IMG/VR virus record: IMGVR_UViG_3300028588_000001 | Location: 1 to 64,000 of that record | Reading direction: 5' to 3' (one strand) | Length of the DNA: 64,000 nucleotides | Source of the DNA: a virus | Lineage: Duplodnaviria > Caudoviricetes | Shown: piece by piece, positions 9,429 through 18,527 of the stretch | How the letters are laid out: every line of letters starts with the position of its first letter | Numbering within the stretch: position 1 is the stretch's first letter | Position numbers and translations under genes: made by a program | Notes under the pieces: model-generated | Databases searched by the model: none | What the model was told of the DNA's origin: nothing | Seen by the model: the letters and a program-made list of their open reading frames with translations, nothing else

Positions 9429-10505
9429 TTATTGAGTTTCTGTTTTTAAAGTTTCTGGGGTGACGGATCTTTCAAGGAATTCACTCACGCGCTCAAGCAC
9501 CGTGCTGGCGTCGACTTCATCGCTATGCACGCGCAACGTGATCACGCGCCCCTTCAAGCGGGCCGTATAGGCGGATCTCTTGCTCGCGTCCGTGATGACC
9601 CGCGTATTCATGTCCTTGCTGTTGGCCTTGCTCTGGCTGGGCGCGCTCAAGCTTTTGGCCGCGATCATCTGGGCCACCCATGGCTTGATCGAGGCAGCAG
9701 TCGCGCCGGGTTCGGACTGGCGCGCGGCTGCTTGCGCGATGATGTCCAGATGGTCCGGGTACTGCGCCACCAGCGATAGCAGGATGTCGGCAGTGGTGAG
9801 GCTGAGCAGGTTCGGCGTGGTTTCCAGCAGGGCCAGGATCTGAGGCGGCAGTGTCAGCATTTTCAGGCGCCGGGATACGAGCGCCGCCTTTGTGGCGAAC
9901 ATCGCCGCCACGTCGTTCTGGGTTTTCGCATACGCCTGATCCAGCGCGCGCCGATACAGCTTCGCGCGCTGGTAGTCGGTCTTTTCCTGGCGGCCCTCGT
10001 TGTCGACCATGACCGCACGTTCTGCGCTCTTGTCGTCCAGCGTGTAGATGATCGCGAGGATCTTCCGCTTGATCATGCGCACCGCGCGCAGGCGCCGGTG
10101 GCCTGCAATCAGCTCGAACCGCTTCCCGATCCGGCGGACCTTGATCGGGCTGAGCTGTCCCTCGGAGGCGATCGTCTGGGCCAGCTCGCTAATCCCGGCT
10201 GGGTCGTAGCGTTGACCTTCCTCGGCCTCGCCCTGGAAGGGCGAGTCATCGATCAAGTCAGGGTCCAGTTCAATCACTTGCCCGTCGACCAGTTCCCATT
10301 CGGCGCTGTGCACCTGATCTCTGACTACAGGCAGGGGCGCAGCAGCTGGAGCAGGCGCAGCCGGCGCCGGCGCTGGCGGGATGGCAAGAAGGACCGGGCC
10401 AGTCGGGGCGGTCGGGAATTCGGTCGGCGCAGCAGGCGCGCCCTCGGGTTGCCGGCTCGCCAACACGCCCGAGACCTTGTAGCCGTCACGTCGTGGGTTG
10501 GTCAT
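9429..10505 (-). CDS. parB: ParB partition protein
   Basis: ParB N-domain motifs LAQTIASEGQLSPIKVR..ELIAGHRRLRA followed by an HTH; coupled to parA. Confidence 0.92.
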   Translation of the reverse strand: MTNPRRDGYKVSGVLASRQPEGAPAAPTEFPTAPTGPVLLAIPPAPAPAAPAPAAAPLPVVRDQVHSAEWELVDGQVIELDPDLIDDSPFQGEAEEGQRYDPAGISELAQTIASEGQLSPIKVRRIGKRFELIAGHRRLRAVRMIKRKILAIIYTLDDKSAERAVMVDNEGRQEKTDYQRAKLYRRALDQAYAKTQNDVAAMFATKAALVSRRLKMLTLPPQILALLETTPNLLSLTTADILLSLVAQYPDHLDIIAQAAARQSEPGATAASIKPWVAQMIAAKSLSAPSQSKANSKDMNTRVITDASKRSAYTARLKGRVITLRVHSDEVDASTVLERVSEFLERSVTPETLKTETQ

Positions 10506-11608
10506 GCTGGTACCGCCGCCAAGTCATCGTCGGTCGCTTGTTTCGGCTTCGGCATAGGGCCGCTGCGCAGTCGAACGCCGTAGAGGGTCAGCAGCGAGGA
10601 CGCTACGGCCACGATGTCGCGCGCGCCAGGGCTGAGCGGTTCGCGCTCGAAGAGCGGCATGGCAGTAGATACATCGTCTGGGTCCATTTCGCGCTTGAAC
10701 CCGACATAGCTGCGCACGATGGTATTGTTCAGGTACGGGCCGTAGTCTCGTGCGAGCTTTTCTAAATTATCGACGTGCGGCTTGAACGGCGCGTTGAAGC
10801 CGTTGACGATGATGTGCATGCCGATCGGCTGGTGTGCGCGCACTGAGGCGTTCAATTCCTTGAGGTTGCTTTTCAGGCCCTTGAGCGCACGCACCGACTG
10901 CGGCTCGGGCATGACGATCGCTGTGACGAGCGGCGCGGCCGTCATGATCGGGCCGGCCAGCATCGTAGTTCCAGGGGCGCAGTCCACGATGACAAGATCA
11001 TACTGTGAGAAGAAGTCGGCTTCTTCTTGCATGAGGCGGACGAACAGCGATTCTCGGCCGACGGCCGTGAGCAGCCAGCCTTCATCGGCCATGGTAATGT
11101 CCCCCGGGATAAGGTCGAGCATGCCGTCGTCGTAGATCGGCACTACGGCATCGCGGATACGCGACGGCCGGCCCGCCCGCACGTTTTCGAGCAAGTGCCC
11201 CAGATGGATGAGGTCATCGCGGTCAATGTCGTAGCCCATCTGCTCACTGAGAGAGCCTTGCGCGTCGCCTTCGATTAGGAGGACACGATAGCCCATGTGC
11301 GCGGTTGCCGCGCCGACGTTTCCCACGAACGTGGTCTTGCCCGTGCCGCCTTTGGTGATTCGTGCGGGCATAACCGGCGGCAGGGAGGGGAGCGTAGCGG
11401 CAATGATGTCCGCGAAGCGGTGGCGGCGGATCTTGCGGATCTCCGATGGCAGATAGAGCTTGTGTGTGTTATTGGTGGGCAGCTCGACGCCGGCAGCACG
11501 GGCCAGCTCGCGGAATTGCTTATCCGTATCCACGTAGCCAAGAAATTCCTTGGCCGCTTTCAGGCGGACGCCGGCGGGCCGGCGTGGGATGTGATTGGTC
11601 GAATTCAT
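10502..11608 (-). CDS. parA: ParA partition ATPase (type Ia, N-terminal HTH extension)
   Basis: Deviant Walker A KGGTGKTT, LLIEGDAQG and VIVDCAP. Confidence 0.93.
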   Translation of the reverse strand: MNSTNHIPRRPAGVRLKAAKEFLGYVDTDKQFRELARAAGVELPTNNTHKLYLPSEIRKIRRHRFADIIAATLPSLPPVMPARITKGGTGKTTFVGNVGAATAHMGYRVLLIEGDAQGSLSEQMGYDIDRDDLIHLGHLLENVRAGRPSRIRDAVVPIYDDGMLDLIPGDITMADEGWLLTAVGRESLFVRLMQEEADFFSQYDLVIVDCAPGTTMLAGPIMTAAPLVTAIVMPEPQSVRALKGLKSNLKELNASVRAHQPIGMHIIVNGFNAPFKPHVDNLEKLARDYGPYLNNTIVRSYVGFKREMDPDDVSTAMPLFEREPLSPGARDIVAVASSLLTLYGVRLRSGPMPKPKQATDDDLAAVPA

Positions 11609-11691
11609 GTCGTCCCTTCTGATTGAGGTACGAGCATGTTAAGGCCACGCAATCCTATTTGCAACGAATTTCCCCAAAAAATAGGCTAGGG

Positions 11692-11982
11692 CTAGTTTAA
11701 GAATACCGGCGCCGCCTGTTTGATCATTTTCGCGAACTGAGCAAGTTCGCGTTTACCAAAATAGTAGCGTAAACAGCACGAATCAGCCAATACGGCATTG
11801 GCCGCCTCGCGCTCGTTGGGTTTGCGTAACAGAAAGCGTGAGAATTGCAGCACATTCAGAGTGGAAAACTTATGAACGTGGTACGCAGAGCCGGTATTGC
11901 AAGCGTCAGCCATGCGCAATATTTCAGCATCACTTAGGCCGATTGGCTCCAAATGAATCGAGAGCATACGTTGTAAGGTCAT
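11692..11982 (-). CDS. Hypothetical protein (lower GC; start uncertain)
   Basis: 96-aa ORF that overlaps the next gene by ~50 nt. Confidence 0.35.
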   Translation of the reverse strand: MTLQRMLSIHLEPIGLSDAEILRMADACNTGSAYHVHKFSTLNVLQFSRFLLRKPNEREAANAVLADSCCLRYYFGKRELAQFAKMIKQAAPVFLN

Positions 11983-12130
11983 CGATATACGTGTCGGTCA
12001 CGAGCAGCAAGGCGGCGCGGAACTCATCGACTGATTGAAAAGTGCGCCAATAGGCCGCGCTGGCCAGCAGCTCGCGCAGCTCGTGGAGTGCCTGGATAGG
12101 CGTGGCCGGCGTAGCTGCTGCCGTGCTCAT
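11930..12130 (-). CDS. Hypothetical protein
   Basis: 66-aa ORF with a 4-nt start/stop overlap with the upstream gene. Confidence 0.55.
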   Translation of the reverse strand: MSTAAATPATPIQALHELRELLASAAYWRTFQSVDEFRAALLLVTDTYIDDLTTYALDSFGANRPK

Positions 12131-12426
12131 TTCTTGGACACCGCCACGCTGCGGCGCAGGTCGCGCGCGAGATCGATGCGGCGCGCCATTTCTTCGGGGC
12201 CTACGTTCAGGCAGGCGTTCTGTGCGGCCAGGATGGCGGACTGGATCGAGGCGCCGCCGCCGATGCGGAACCCGGTTTCGACGTGGGTGACGGCGTACGG
12301 CGTGGCGCGCATGTCGGTGAACACGTTGGGGTGGACGGCAAAGACTTCGCCGGGCGCGGTCGGGATCTGGACCTGTTCGCCGATCATTTCGATGTCGTGT
12401 TTGCTGCCAGTAAGGATGAAGCGCAT
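12127..12426 (-). CDS. Hypothetical protein
   Basis: ATG at 12426 (MRFILTGS) after GGAG; operon-like spacing. Confidence 0.6.
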   Translation of the reverse strand: MRFILTGSKHDIEMIGEQVQIPTAPGEVFAVHPNVFTDMRATPYAVTHVETGFRIGGGASIQSAILAAQNACLNVGPEEMARRIDLARDLRRSVAVSKK

Positions 12427-12468
12427 TGGAGACTCCGGTAAGAGGCGGGGCAACGCCCCGCCGGTGGT

Positions 12469-12585
12469 TCAGCCCTTGCGTGGGCGGTTGATGGTGACGC
12501 CGATGTACAGGCCGCCAATGCCGCCGGCCAGGGCCGAGAACAGGACGAAGCCGGCCAGGGCGCCGAAAGAAATCAGAAAGTGCAT
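12469..12585 (-). CDS. Small membrane protein
   Basis: 38 aa, MHFLISFGALAGFVLFSALAGGIGGLYIGV, a single hydrophobic helix; GAGAGAG RBS. Confidence 0.5.
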   Translation of the reverse strand: MHFLISFGALAGFVLFSALAGGIGGLYIGVTINRPRKG

Positions 12586-12599
12586 GGGTTCTCTCTCGG

Positions 12600-12938
12600 T
12601 CAGTTCGGGGCGCCAGCGCCCATCATTTGCTGGAGCAGGGCGATGCAGCTGTTGATCGGCGCCGGCACCATCTGGCTCTGGTACGGGGTGACGTTCATCA
12701 GCAGCTCCTGCGCGATCTCGCCCCCTTCGCTGACGCCTTCCAGCTGGAAGCCGATCAGTACCATGGAGGAAATGTTGTGCTGTTCGCACTTGGCGGCCAG
12801 GATCTGCAACAGCGGGGCGATCTCGGTCTCGAATGCTTGCTGGCCGGTCAGCAGGGCAGGTACGCCGGCGGCGCCCTGGTCGACCAGCTCGGCGCCGGTC
12901 TGCGCGGTTTCGGTGGTGGTGTCTTGAACTTGGTTCAT
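12600..12938 (-). CDS. Hypothetical protein
   Basis: 112-aa ORF in a tight leftward operon. Confidence 0.65.
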   Translation of the reverse strand: MNQVQDTTTETAQTGAELVDQGAAGVPALLTGQQAFETEIAPLLQILAAKCEQHNISSMVLIGFQLEGVSEGGEIAQELLMNVTPYQSQMVPAPINSCIALLQQMMGAGAPN

Positions 12939-12962
12939 GTTTCGCTTTCAGGTGGTGGTAAA

Positions 12963-13238
12963 TCAGTTGCGGCCGCGGCGCGCTTGGATGCGAGAAATCG
13001 CTTGTGCGATGGCAGTGACCCAACGCTGGACCAGGCCGGGGCCGAGGATCTGGAGGAAATAGCGTTGACCGCAGTGCGGGCACTCCACCGGGCGCTCCTG
13101 CCCGGCCGCAAACGGCACGTTGTCGTGAAAATCGCGCAGGCCGGCGCGGCAGTAGCGACAGCGGCAGTGCAGCGCGGCAGGCATGCGAACCTTGAGGGTC
13201 TTGATGCTCTCGATATGGCGGCTAAATTTGCGGATCAT
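12963..13238 (-). CDS. Zn-ribbon protein
   Basis: CRCRYC ... CPHCG motifs; coupled to the ATPase stop. Confidence 0.6.
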   Translation of the reverse strand: MIRKFSRHIESIKTLKVRMPAALHCRCRYCRAGLRDFHDNVPFAAGQERPVECPHCGQRYFLQILGPGLVQRWVTAIAQAISRIQARRGRN

Positions 13239-14716
13239 TGCGGGTCCTTTTTCATTTCATGAATCAATTCGCCATCCTCGACCCACAGGACCGTAATGGT
13301 GGAGGGCAGGCCGGCCGGCGCCGCCTTGAGGGTCGCGTTGACCACGGCCGTATTGATCTTGCCGACGCGCGCCAGGGTGTCGAGCCAGATGATCAGCTTG
13401 TCGCGGTCGCCCAGGTCGAGCACGTCGAAGCCATCCAGCAGCAGGATCTTGATGCCGGACAGCTCGGCGATCGCGGCCGCGATCATGGCGTCGATGCGCC
13501 ACTTTTCCGAGACCGAGTGCAGTTCGTACACGCGGCCCTCGGCCGTGATCGCCATGTCGGCATCGATGGCCGGCTGTCGCCAGCCCGTCGCCACGCTCGC
13601 GCCGCGCAGGGCGAGGTTGATCGGCTTGAGCGCCTGGGCCAGCAGCTCGGCCGGGAGGCCGTCGGGTGCCATGGCCTCGGCGATCGCCGTCCAGTCGGCC
13701 ACGTCCTTGAAGTGCTTGGCAGCCGCGGCGGTCACGCTATCGGCCGCGAGCGCTGCCTCGCCCTCGCGCAAGCGCGCGTTGAATTCTGCCCGGGCGGCGT
13801 CGAGCACGCGCTCGGCCTTCGCCTGGGCATCGCGCAGCTGCTGGTGTTCGGTGTCCGACAACGGCGCCGGCGCACCGGCAATGGGGCCGTATTGGAGGCG
13901 GTACCTGTCGAGCAGGGAATCCGGCGCCGTGTCGTCCAGCAGTTCCATGCTGTTGAGCAGGTCGCGGTGCTGGTGGAGGAACGTCGCCATGTGGTGCACG
14001 ATGCCGACCCGGGCGCCGTCGACGCGCTCTTGCGCGAGATTGGCGGCGATGCGGGCCTCGTCATACGTGGCCGATGCGGCGGCGTGGACGGCCGTATCGA
14101 TCGCCGGCTTGGGCGCGGTCCAGTCCTGGCCCTTCTTCGCACCGAAGCGCTCCCCGGTCACGGTTTGCCACGCGCCCTTGGCTTTGGTGGCCTCGGTCTT
14201 GGCGTATTCGGCGGCCGCCGGGAACCCGGAGCGCAGCAGCGGCAGCACGGTCGCGGCCTTGACCGGATCGCATGCGCGGTCCTCGACCATTCGGCGCTCG
14301 ATCTCGGCCGGCTCAACCTTGCAGCCGGCCATGGAGAACAGGAACGTGCGGCGCTCTTCCGGCGACAGCTGCGCGAAGCGCTGCGCATCGAGCACGTAGG
14401 GGAGGGCGTCGGGCATGCCGCGTTGCAGCTCGCCCGAGATATTCCACGCGCCCGAAGGGGTCACGAATTCGGCTTTGCCCAGGTCGGTTTGCACCGTGAC
14501 TTGGCCGGTCTTGGCGCCCTCGCTCACGAGCTGGCCGTATTCCTTCTTCGACCGCACGCGCGCGCCGGTACCCGAGAAGGCCATGCGCACGCTCTCGTTG
14601 ATGCTCGACTTCGCGGCGCCGTTGCGGCCGCATACCAGCATGATCGGCGTATCGACGGCAATCGACACGCGGCGCGCGCCGAGGGTGTTGCTGATCTTGA
14701 TCTGTTCCAGTTTCAT
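13235..14716 (-). CDS. Rad50/SbcC-like ABC ATPase
   Basis: Walker A-like GRNGAAKS, central coiled coil, signature-like LHSVSE and Walker B LLLDGFD. Confidence 0.8.
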   Translation of the reverse strand: MKLEQIKISNTLGARRVSIAVDTPIMLVCGRNGAAKSSINESVRMAFSGTGARVRSKKEYGQLVSEGAKTGQVTVQTDLGKAEFVTPSGAWNISGELQRGMPDALPYVLDAQRFAQLSPEERRTFLFSMAGCKVEPAEIERRMVEDRACDPVKAATVLPLLRSGFPAAAEYAKTEATKAKGAWQTVTGERFGAKKGQDWTAPKPAIDTAVHAAASATYDEARIAANLAQERVDGARVGIVHHMATFLHQHRDLLNSMELLDDTAPDSLLDRYRLQYGPIAGAPAPLSDTEHQQLRDAQAKAERVLDAARAEFNARLREGEAALAADSVTAAAAKHFKDVADWTAIAEAMAPDGLPAELLAQALKPINLALRGASVATGWRQPAIDADMAITAEGRVYELHSVSEKWRIDAMIAAAIAELSGIKILLLDGFDVLDLGDRDKLIIWLDTLARVGKINTAVVNATLKAAPAGLPSTITVLWVEDGELIHEMKKDPQ

Positions 14717-14719
14717 CTA

Positions 14720-15670
14720 TTACTCCATGCCGAACGAGGTTTTTTCGGCGGCGGGCTTCTTGGGCTTGCTGGCGGCGCGCTTGGCGGCTGGCTTCTTCGC
14801 CGGCGCTTTCCTCGCGGCCGGCTTCTTTGCAACCGGCTTTTCCGCAGCTGGCTCGGCGGTCGGCGCGGACTCATCGACGGCGGCCGCCGGTGCCGGCGCA
14901 GCAGCTGCGGGTTCGGGCAGCGGCGTGCGCGCGTAGTTCGCGGCGTCCGCCTGCAGGGCCGCATCCATTTCGCGGGAGCGAGGCATGTACTGGAGCACGC
15001 GCAGCAGGGCGATCTTGCGGCCGTAGGACTCCATGGCCTCGTCGCTCTTGAGCGCGTAGTGGCTCGCGCCCTGGGCGTTGTACTTGTTCAGGTGGCGGAT
15101 CACTTTCGCGACCGACCAGACCTCGATAATCGGCGTGTCGCTTCCCTTGACCTTGCCGATCGCGTAGTAGTGCGTGATCGAGGCGTGGTCGTCGGCGTCA
15201 CCTGGGCGATGCTTCACGAACTGGTGGTCGCCGAGCTGGTACTCGAATGCGTCGCCCTTGCGGACCACGTTCGTCCAGACCGTGCCGCGCTCACTGCGCA
15301 AGACCAGCTCGACCAGGCCCTTCCATCCCGGGACGAAGGTGCACAGGTCCTTGTCGAACGACAGGAAACCGTTGCCATTGGACAGGCCCAGGCCACTCGC
15401 TACCGACGCGAGCACGGCGTCGAGGAACGATGTTGGCGTAGTGCCGAGCACGCCCGGGCTCTGGCCGGCGATCGCGAGCGCGTTCTGGATCTCGGCCTGG
15501 ACGTTGATGGCGGTCGAGGCGCACGCATTGAGCAGGGCGGCACTTTCTTGCAGGATCGAGCGCTTTGCGGCGAGCAGATCCTGGGCATCGGGCGGCGCCG
15601 GCGCCTCGTCGGCCGGCGTGTTGCGCGAAGAGGCGCGTTTCTTGAGGTCTTGGATTTTGGTGGTTGCCAT
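14720..15670 (-). CDS. recT: RecT-family single-strand annealing protein with Lys/Ala/Pro-rich tail
   Basis: TPTSFLDAVLASVASGL, GWKGLVELVLRS, VRKGDAFEYQLG and KIALLRVLQYMPRS; adjacent to an exonuclease. Confidence 0.85.
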   Translation of the reverse strand: MATTKIQDLKKRASSRNTPADEAPAPPDAQDLLAAKRSILQESAALLNACASTAINVQAEIQNALAIAGQSPGVLGTTPTSFLDAVLASVASGLGLSNGNGFLSFDKDLCTFVPGWKGLVELVLRSERGTVWTNVVRKGDAFEYQLGDHQFVKHRPGDADDHASITHYYAIGKVKGSDTPIIEVWSVAKVIRHLNKYNAQGASHYALKSDEAMESYGRKIALLRVLQYMPRSREMDAALQADAANYARTPLPEPAAAAPAPAAAVDESAPTAEPAAEKPVAKKPAARKAPAKKPAAKRAASKPKKPAAEKTSFGME

Positions 15671-15672
15671 GG

Positions 15673-16482
15673 TCAATCGTGGTAGGCGCACTTGCTCCAG
15701 CGTGCGCAGAACTTTTCGGAGCAGAGGGAGGATTGCGGGTTGGGTGGGAACATGCCCAGCTTGAACATCGTGCTCGCCAGATCGATAAGCCCGGGCGCCT
15801 CGTCCGTGCCGATCAGCGTAGGGCGCGCATCCCAGATCGGGCTCACCATGGGGTCAGCCTTGCCGGCCGTCGGCAGAGCAATGATCTGTCCGCCGGTGGC
15901 CTCTTCGCCGGTCGTGTCCTCGTACATGAGCTGGTAGGCGCCGAGCTGGGCGGACTTGCCCTTGCGGATAACCTCGCCGTTCTCGATCAGGCGCGCGCCG
16001 CTCTTCAAGTCGGGGATGACGGCGCCGGCGTGGCCGATGGCGACCCGGGCGCGGTCCATGCTCCCGGTCAGGCGGATCGTGATGCCGTTGCCGCAGTCGA
16101 TGTCCATCGGCTTCATCGTCATTTCGACGGCCTTGAACTCGAACAGTGGCGAGATCTGCATGCAGTACTTGGTCGTCAGCGACAGCCCGACCTTTTCCGC
16201 CTCGCGCATCGTGATCGAGGTGTCCCGCTTGTGGTCGACCTCGCCCTCGGGGTGGTGCAGCGTGTGCATGAAGGCATCGCCAGCGTCCAGCGCGGAGATC
16301 GGTGCGCCGTCGATGCGCGCCTGATCGAACGCCGCGGTGCCGGCGTGCACGGCCGTGCCCAGGCTCGCGCGCAGCGTCGACGGTCGGCGCATGCCGAGAA
16401 GGTGCTCGCCTTCCCACTTATAGGCGCAGTCGAACAGGCTTCCCCATGAGGATGCCCGGACGGTGACAATCCGGTTGGTCAT
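15673..16482 (-). CDS. PD-(D/E)XK exonuclease (RecB/AddB-like, Fe-S cysteines)
   Basis: SSW..FDC N-terminus, LGTAVH, GSMDR..IPDLKSG, QLGAY and C-terminal C-x4-C-x5-C. Confidence 0.85.
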   Translation of the reverse strand: MTNRIVTVRASSWGSLFDCAYKWEGEHLLGMRRPSTLRASLGTAVHAGTAAFDQARIDGAPISALDAGDAFMHTLHHPEGEVDHKRDTSITMREAEKVGLSLTTKYCMQISPLFEFKAVEMTMKPMDIDCGNGITIRLTGSMDRARVAIGHAGAVIPDLKSGARLIENGEVIRKGKSAQLGAYQLMYEDTTGEEATGGQIIALPTAGKADPMVSPIWDARPTLIGTDEAPGLIDLASTMFKLGMFPPNPQSSLCSEKFCARWSKCAYHD

Positions 16483-16691
16483 CGATCGACGTGGGCGGCG
16501 CAGGACGGCGGCGGCGTGTCAGGGGTGCGCGGGATCTGGTTGATGGCGAACAGCAGCGCACACACGACTACGAGGAAAGCCGCATAAAGCGTCTTGTGCA
16601 TGCCGTCGAGTGGTTGCGCGCATGGCGGGGCGATGCAGGCCTTGCTGGCCTCATCGGGTACGAACGGAGCGCTGGCGGTAGTGGTGGTCAT
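16479..16691 (-). CDS. Small membrane protein
   Basis: 70 aa with one TM segment (LYAAFLVVVCALLFAI). Confidence 0.5.
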   Translation of the reverse strand: MTTTTASAPFVPDEASKACIAPPCAQPLDGMHKTLYAAFLVVVCALLFAINQIPRTPDTPPPSCAAHVDR

Positions 16692-16728
16692 GGCGGGTGG
16701 TCGGGCCGCGAGGTCTTGGCGGTGGTGG

Positions 16729-16974
16729 TCAGGAATCGCAGCCCGGGGAGCGGGTGCAATAATGTTTGCCGGCGCAATCGCGTGGTTGCAGGCAGTAAGG
16801 CGGCCAGCTGGACGGCAGGCCGGGGAGAACGGGCTCGGCTAGGAAATAGATGGGGCGGGCGGTAGCAGGGCGGATTCCGCGTGCTTGCTCGCCCAGGTCG
16901 AGTGCATGGATGGCGTCATGAGCTTCGATGCTTGCGCCGAAACCTGATTCCCAATCTAGCCAGAAGCTTGCCAT
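16729..16974 (-). CDS. Hypothetical Cys-rich protein
   Basis: 81 aa; first ORF after the AT-rich control region. Confidence 0.5.
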   Translation of the reverse strand: MASFWLDWESGFGASIEAHDAIHALDLGEQARGIRPATARPIYFLAEPVLPGLPSSWPPYCLQPRDCAGKHYCTRSPGCDS

Positions 16975-17123
16975 CCAATTTGTCCTTGTCGAACGTCAAC
17001 GAAAAGAACATTATGGTAGGGCAATTTACAATTTCATTGGTAATTGATACTTGACAACTTTCCACGAGTTGTATTGAGGCATCAACATTGCTAAATAGAA
17101 ATGCAATTATCTTCCAAAAAATA

Positions 17124-17139
17124 CTGTATGGATGTACAG
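17124..17139. promoter_or_regulatory. LexA (SOS) box
   Basis: CTGT-ATGGATGT-ACAG, the canonical proteobacterial CTGT-N8-ACAG, in an AT-rich intergenic region. Confidence 0.8.
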
Positions 17140-17386
17140 GAATGTGAGAATTGGAGATAATCTCAGGGCATGAAAGGGGTTATCATGCACGTAGGATAAA
17201 GATTACGAGTTGGAAAGCTAATATCCTATTTGCAAGAGTGTTGCGCGGAACCAACCAAAATATTTTACCGTTGCGCGTGGCATGAAAGCTCTGGCAAAGT
17301 ACCGCTCCTGAATTCCAATCAGGCAATGCAAATTGTCCGAATGCAGGAAGAAGATGGCACTATTTCAACGATGCTGCTGAGAGAGA

Positions 17387-17593
17387 ATGATGAAACAACA
17401 AAACGTGGGCGTTGCGGGGACGAGCGCCCAGGACGGCCAAGAGATTGCCGGCCTGTGCGTGCAGCTGTCGGAAAAATCGCGAGCGTATATTGGGCGCCTT
17501 GCGCGCGCCTTGCTCATGGAAGAGCAGGCAACGGCAGGCCAGCAGGCCAGCAGGCCCGGCTTGCGTTTAGTTGTCGGAGGCATGCCGGCGTAA
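17387..17593 (+). CDS. Small hypothetical protein, candidate antirepressor
   Basis: 68-aa ORF with GAGAGAG RBS, downstream of the SOS box and convergent on cI. The function is inferred from context. Confidence 0.5.
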   Translation: MMKQQNVGVAGTSAQDGQEIAGLCVQLSEKSRAYIGRLARALLMEEQATAGQQASRPGLRLVVGGMPA

Positions 17594-17959
17594 TAGTTCA
17601 GCAACCGGCGTTTTCTCGGCAACGCGAGCGGAGGTGCGGATCATGTGCTTCCCTTCGCTTGTGCATCTTCGATAGTCCTGAATCAACAGGTGTTCATCTT
17701 CAACTAGATATTCCAGAACCGGCTCCATCTGGCGCGCGGGCGGCTTGGCAGGTGCCATCTCGCCATACCTCAACCAATGAGGCGTGACTTCCAGAAACTC
17801 AGCGATTTTAATCAAGCGGTCCTCGTGCGGATTGACCCCATCGGCCACCCAGGTGCGTGCGGTTTGCGGGTTCACTCCAACATAGCGGGCCAGCTCGGAT
17901 ATCGCGCCCCGGCCTCTCTTGTTCAGCTCAGCGCGCAATCGATCTTGTAATGTTTTCAT
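17567..17959 (-). CDS. cI: XRE-family repressor (CI-like) without S24 peptidase domain
   Basis: HTH ISELARYVGVNPQTARTW and IAEFLEVTPHWLRYGE; only 130 aa; AGGAGG upstream; divergent from the lytic operon. Confidence 0.82.
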   Translation of the reverse strand: MKTLQDRLRAELNKRGRGAISELARYVGVNPQTARTWVADGVNPHEDRLIKIAEFLEVTPHWLRYGEMAPAKPPARQMEPVLEYLVEDEHLLIQDYRRCTSEGKHMIRTSARVAEKTPVAELLRRHASDN

Positions 17960-17995
17960 GTTTATAGGATACCTCCTATTCAATTGCTTGACTAC

Positions 17996-18018
17996 AATTA
18001 CAAATATCGTTTGTATTG
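17996..18018. promoter_or_regulatory. Palindromic operator in the cI / lytic divergent region
   Basis: AATTACAAA-TATCG-TTTGTATTG, with related copies at 6724-6746 and 27644-27666. Confidence 0.6.
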
Positions 18019-18101
18019 TCGTCGTAACTTTGCAATTTGAACTGTTAAAAGGTTTTTTTTTAGGGCTGAAACCTGCTGCACTGCCTGAAAACTGTACGCC
18101 T

Positions 18102-18527
18102 ATGTCGACCACCATTCAAGAACGAGTCCGCCTGCAGGTGCGCGAGATCCTAGCCGGAAAGCCAGCTGGGCTGTCGGCCGCCGAGATCAATCGGGCGGTG
18201 CGGGATGCACTTTGCGATGAAGAGTACAGCCGCGCGATTCTGTCCGACGTGCTGGCCGAAATGGAATCGGCCAGCCAGATCGACAGCGATCGCCGCGCCG
18301 GCGTGCCACACAGTCATTTGCAGTATTTCCTGTGTGGGAAAGGCCCTGGCGGGCGCGTGCGCGTAGTGCCGGCGTCCACCGTGCCATTGCCTCCCATGGA
18401 AAAGCAATCGTGGGTGTCGCCGCTGGATATTTTCTGCTTGACCGTGGCCGCCCAGGTCGAAGCACGGCCGGCGCCAAGGTCCACCTGGCTGTCTGCGCTT
18501 GCTGTCGACCCGGAGGCAGTTGTATGA
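18102..18527 (+). CDS. Putative winged-helix DNA-binding protein (Cro position)
   Basis: First gene divergent from cI; pattern VREILAGKPAGLSAAEI..LSDVLAEME. Confidence 0.55.
   Translation: MSTTIQERVRLQVREILAGKPAGLSAAEINRAVRDALCDEEYSRAILSDVLAEMESASQIDSDRRAGVPHSHLQYFLCGKGPGGRVRVVPASTVPLPPMEKQSWVSPLDIFCLTVAAQVEARPAPRSTWLSALAVDPEAVV

Noticed and set aside
15673-16482. Cas4 / CRISPR association
   Set aside because: The fold is shared, but there is no repeat-spacer array or other cas gene; the RecT neighbour indicates a recombination exonuclease.
17230-17787. 185-aa plus-strand ORF across the immunity region
   Set aside because: TTG start without RBS, overlaps both cI and the 68-aa ORF, and has no recognisable features.
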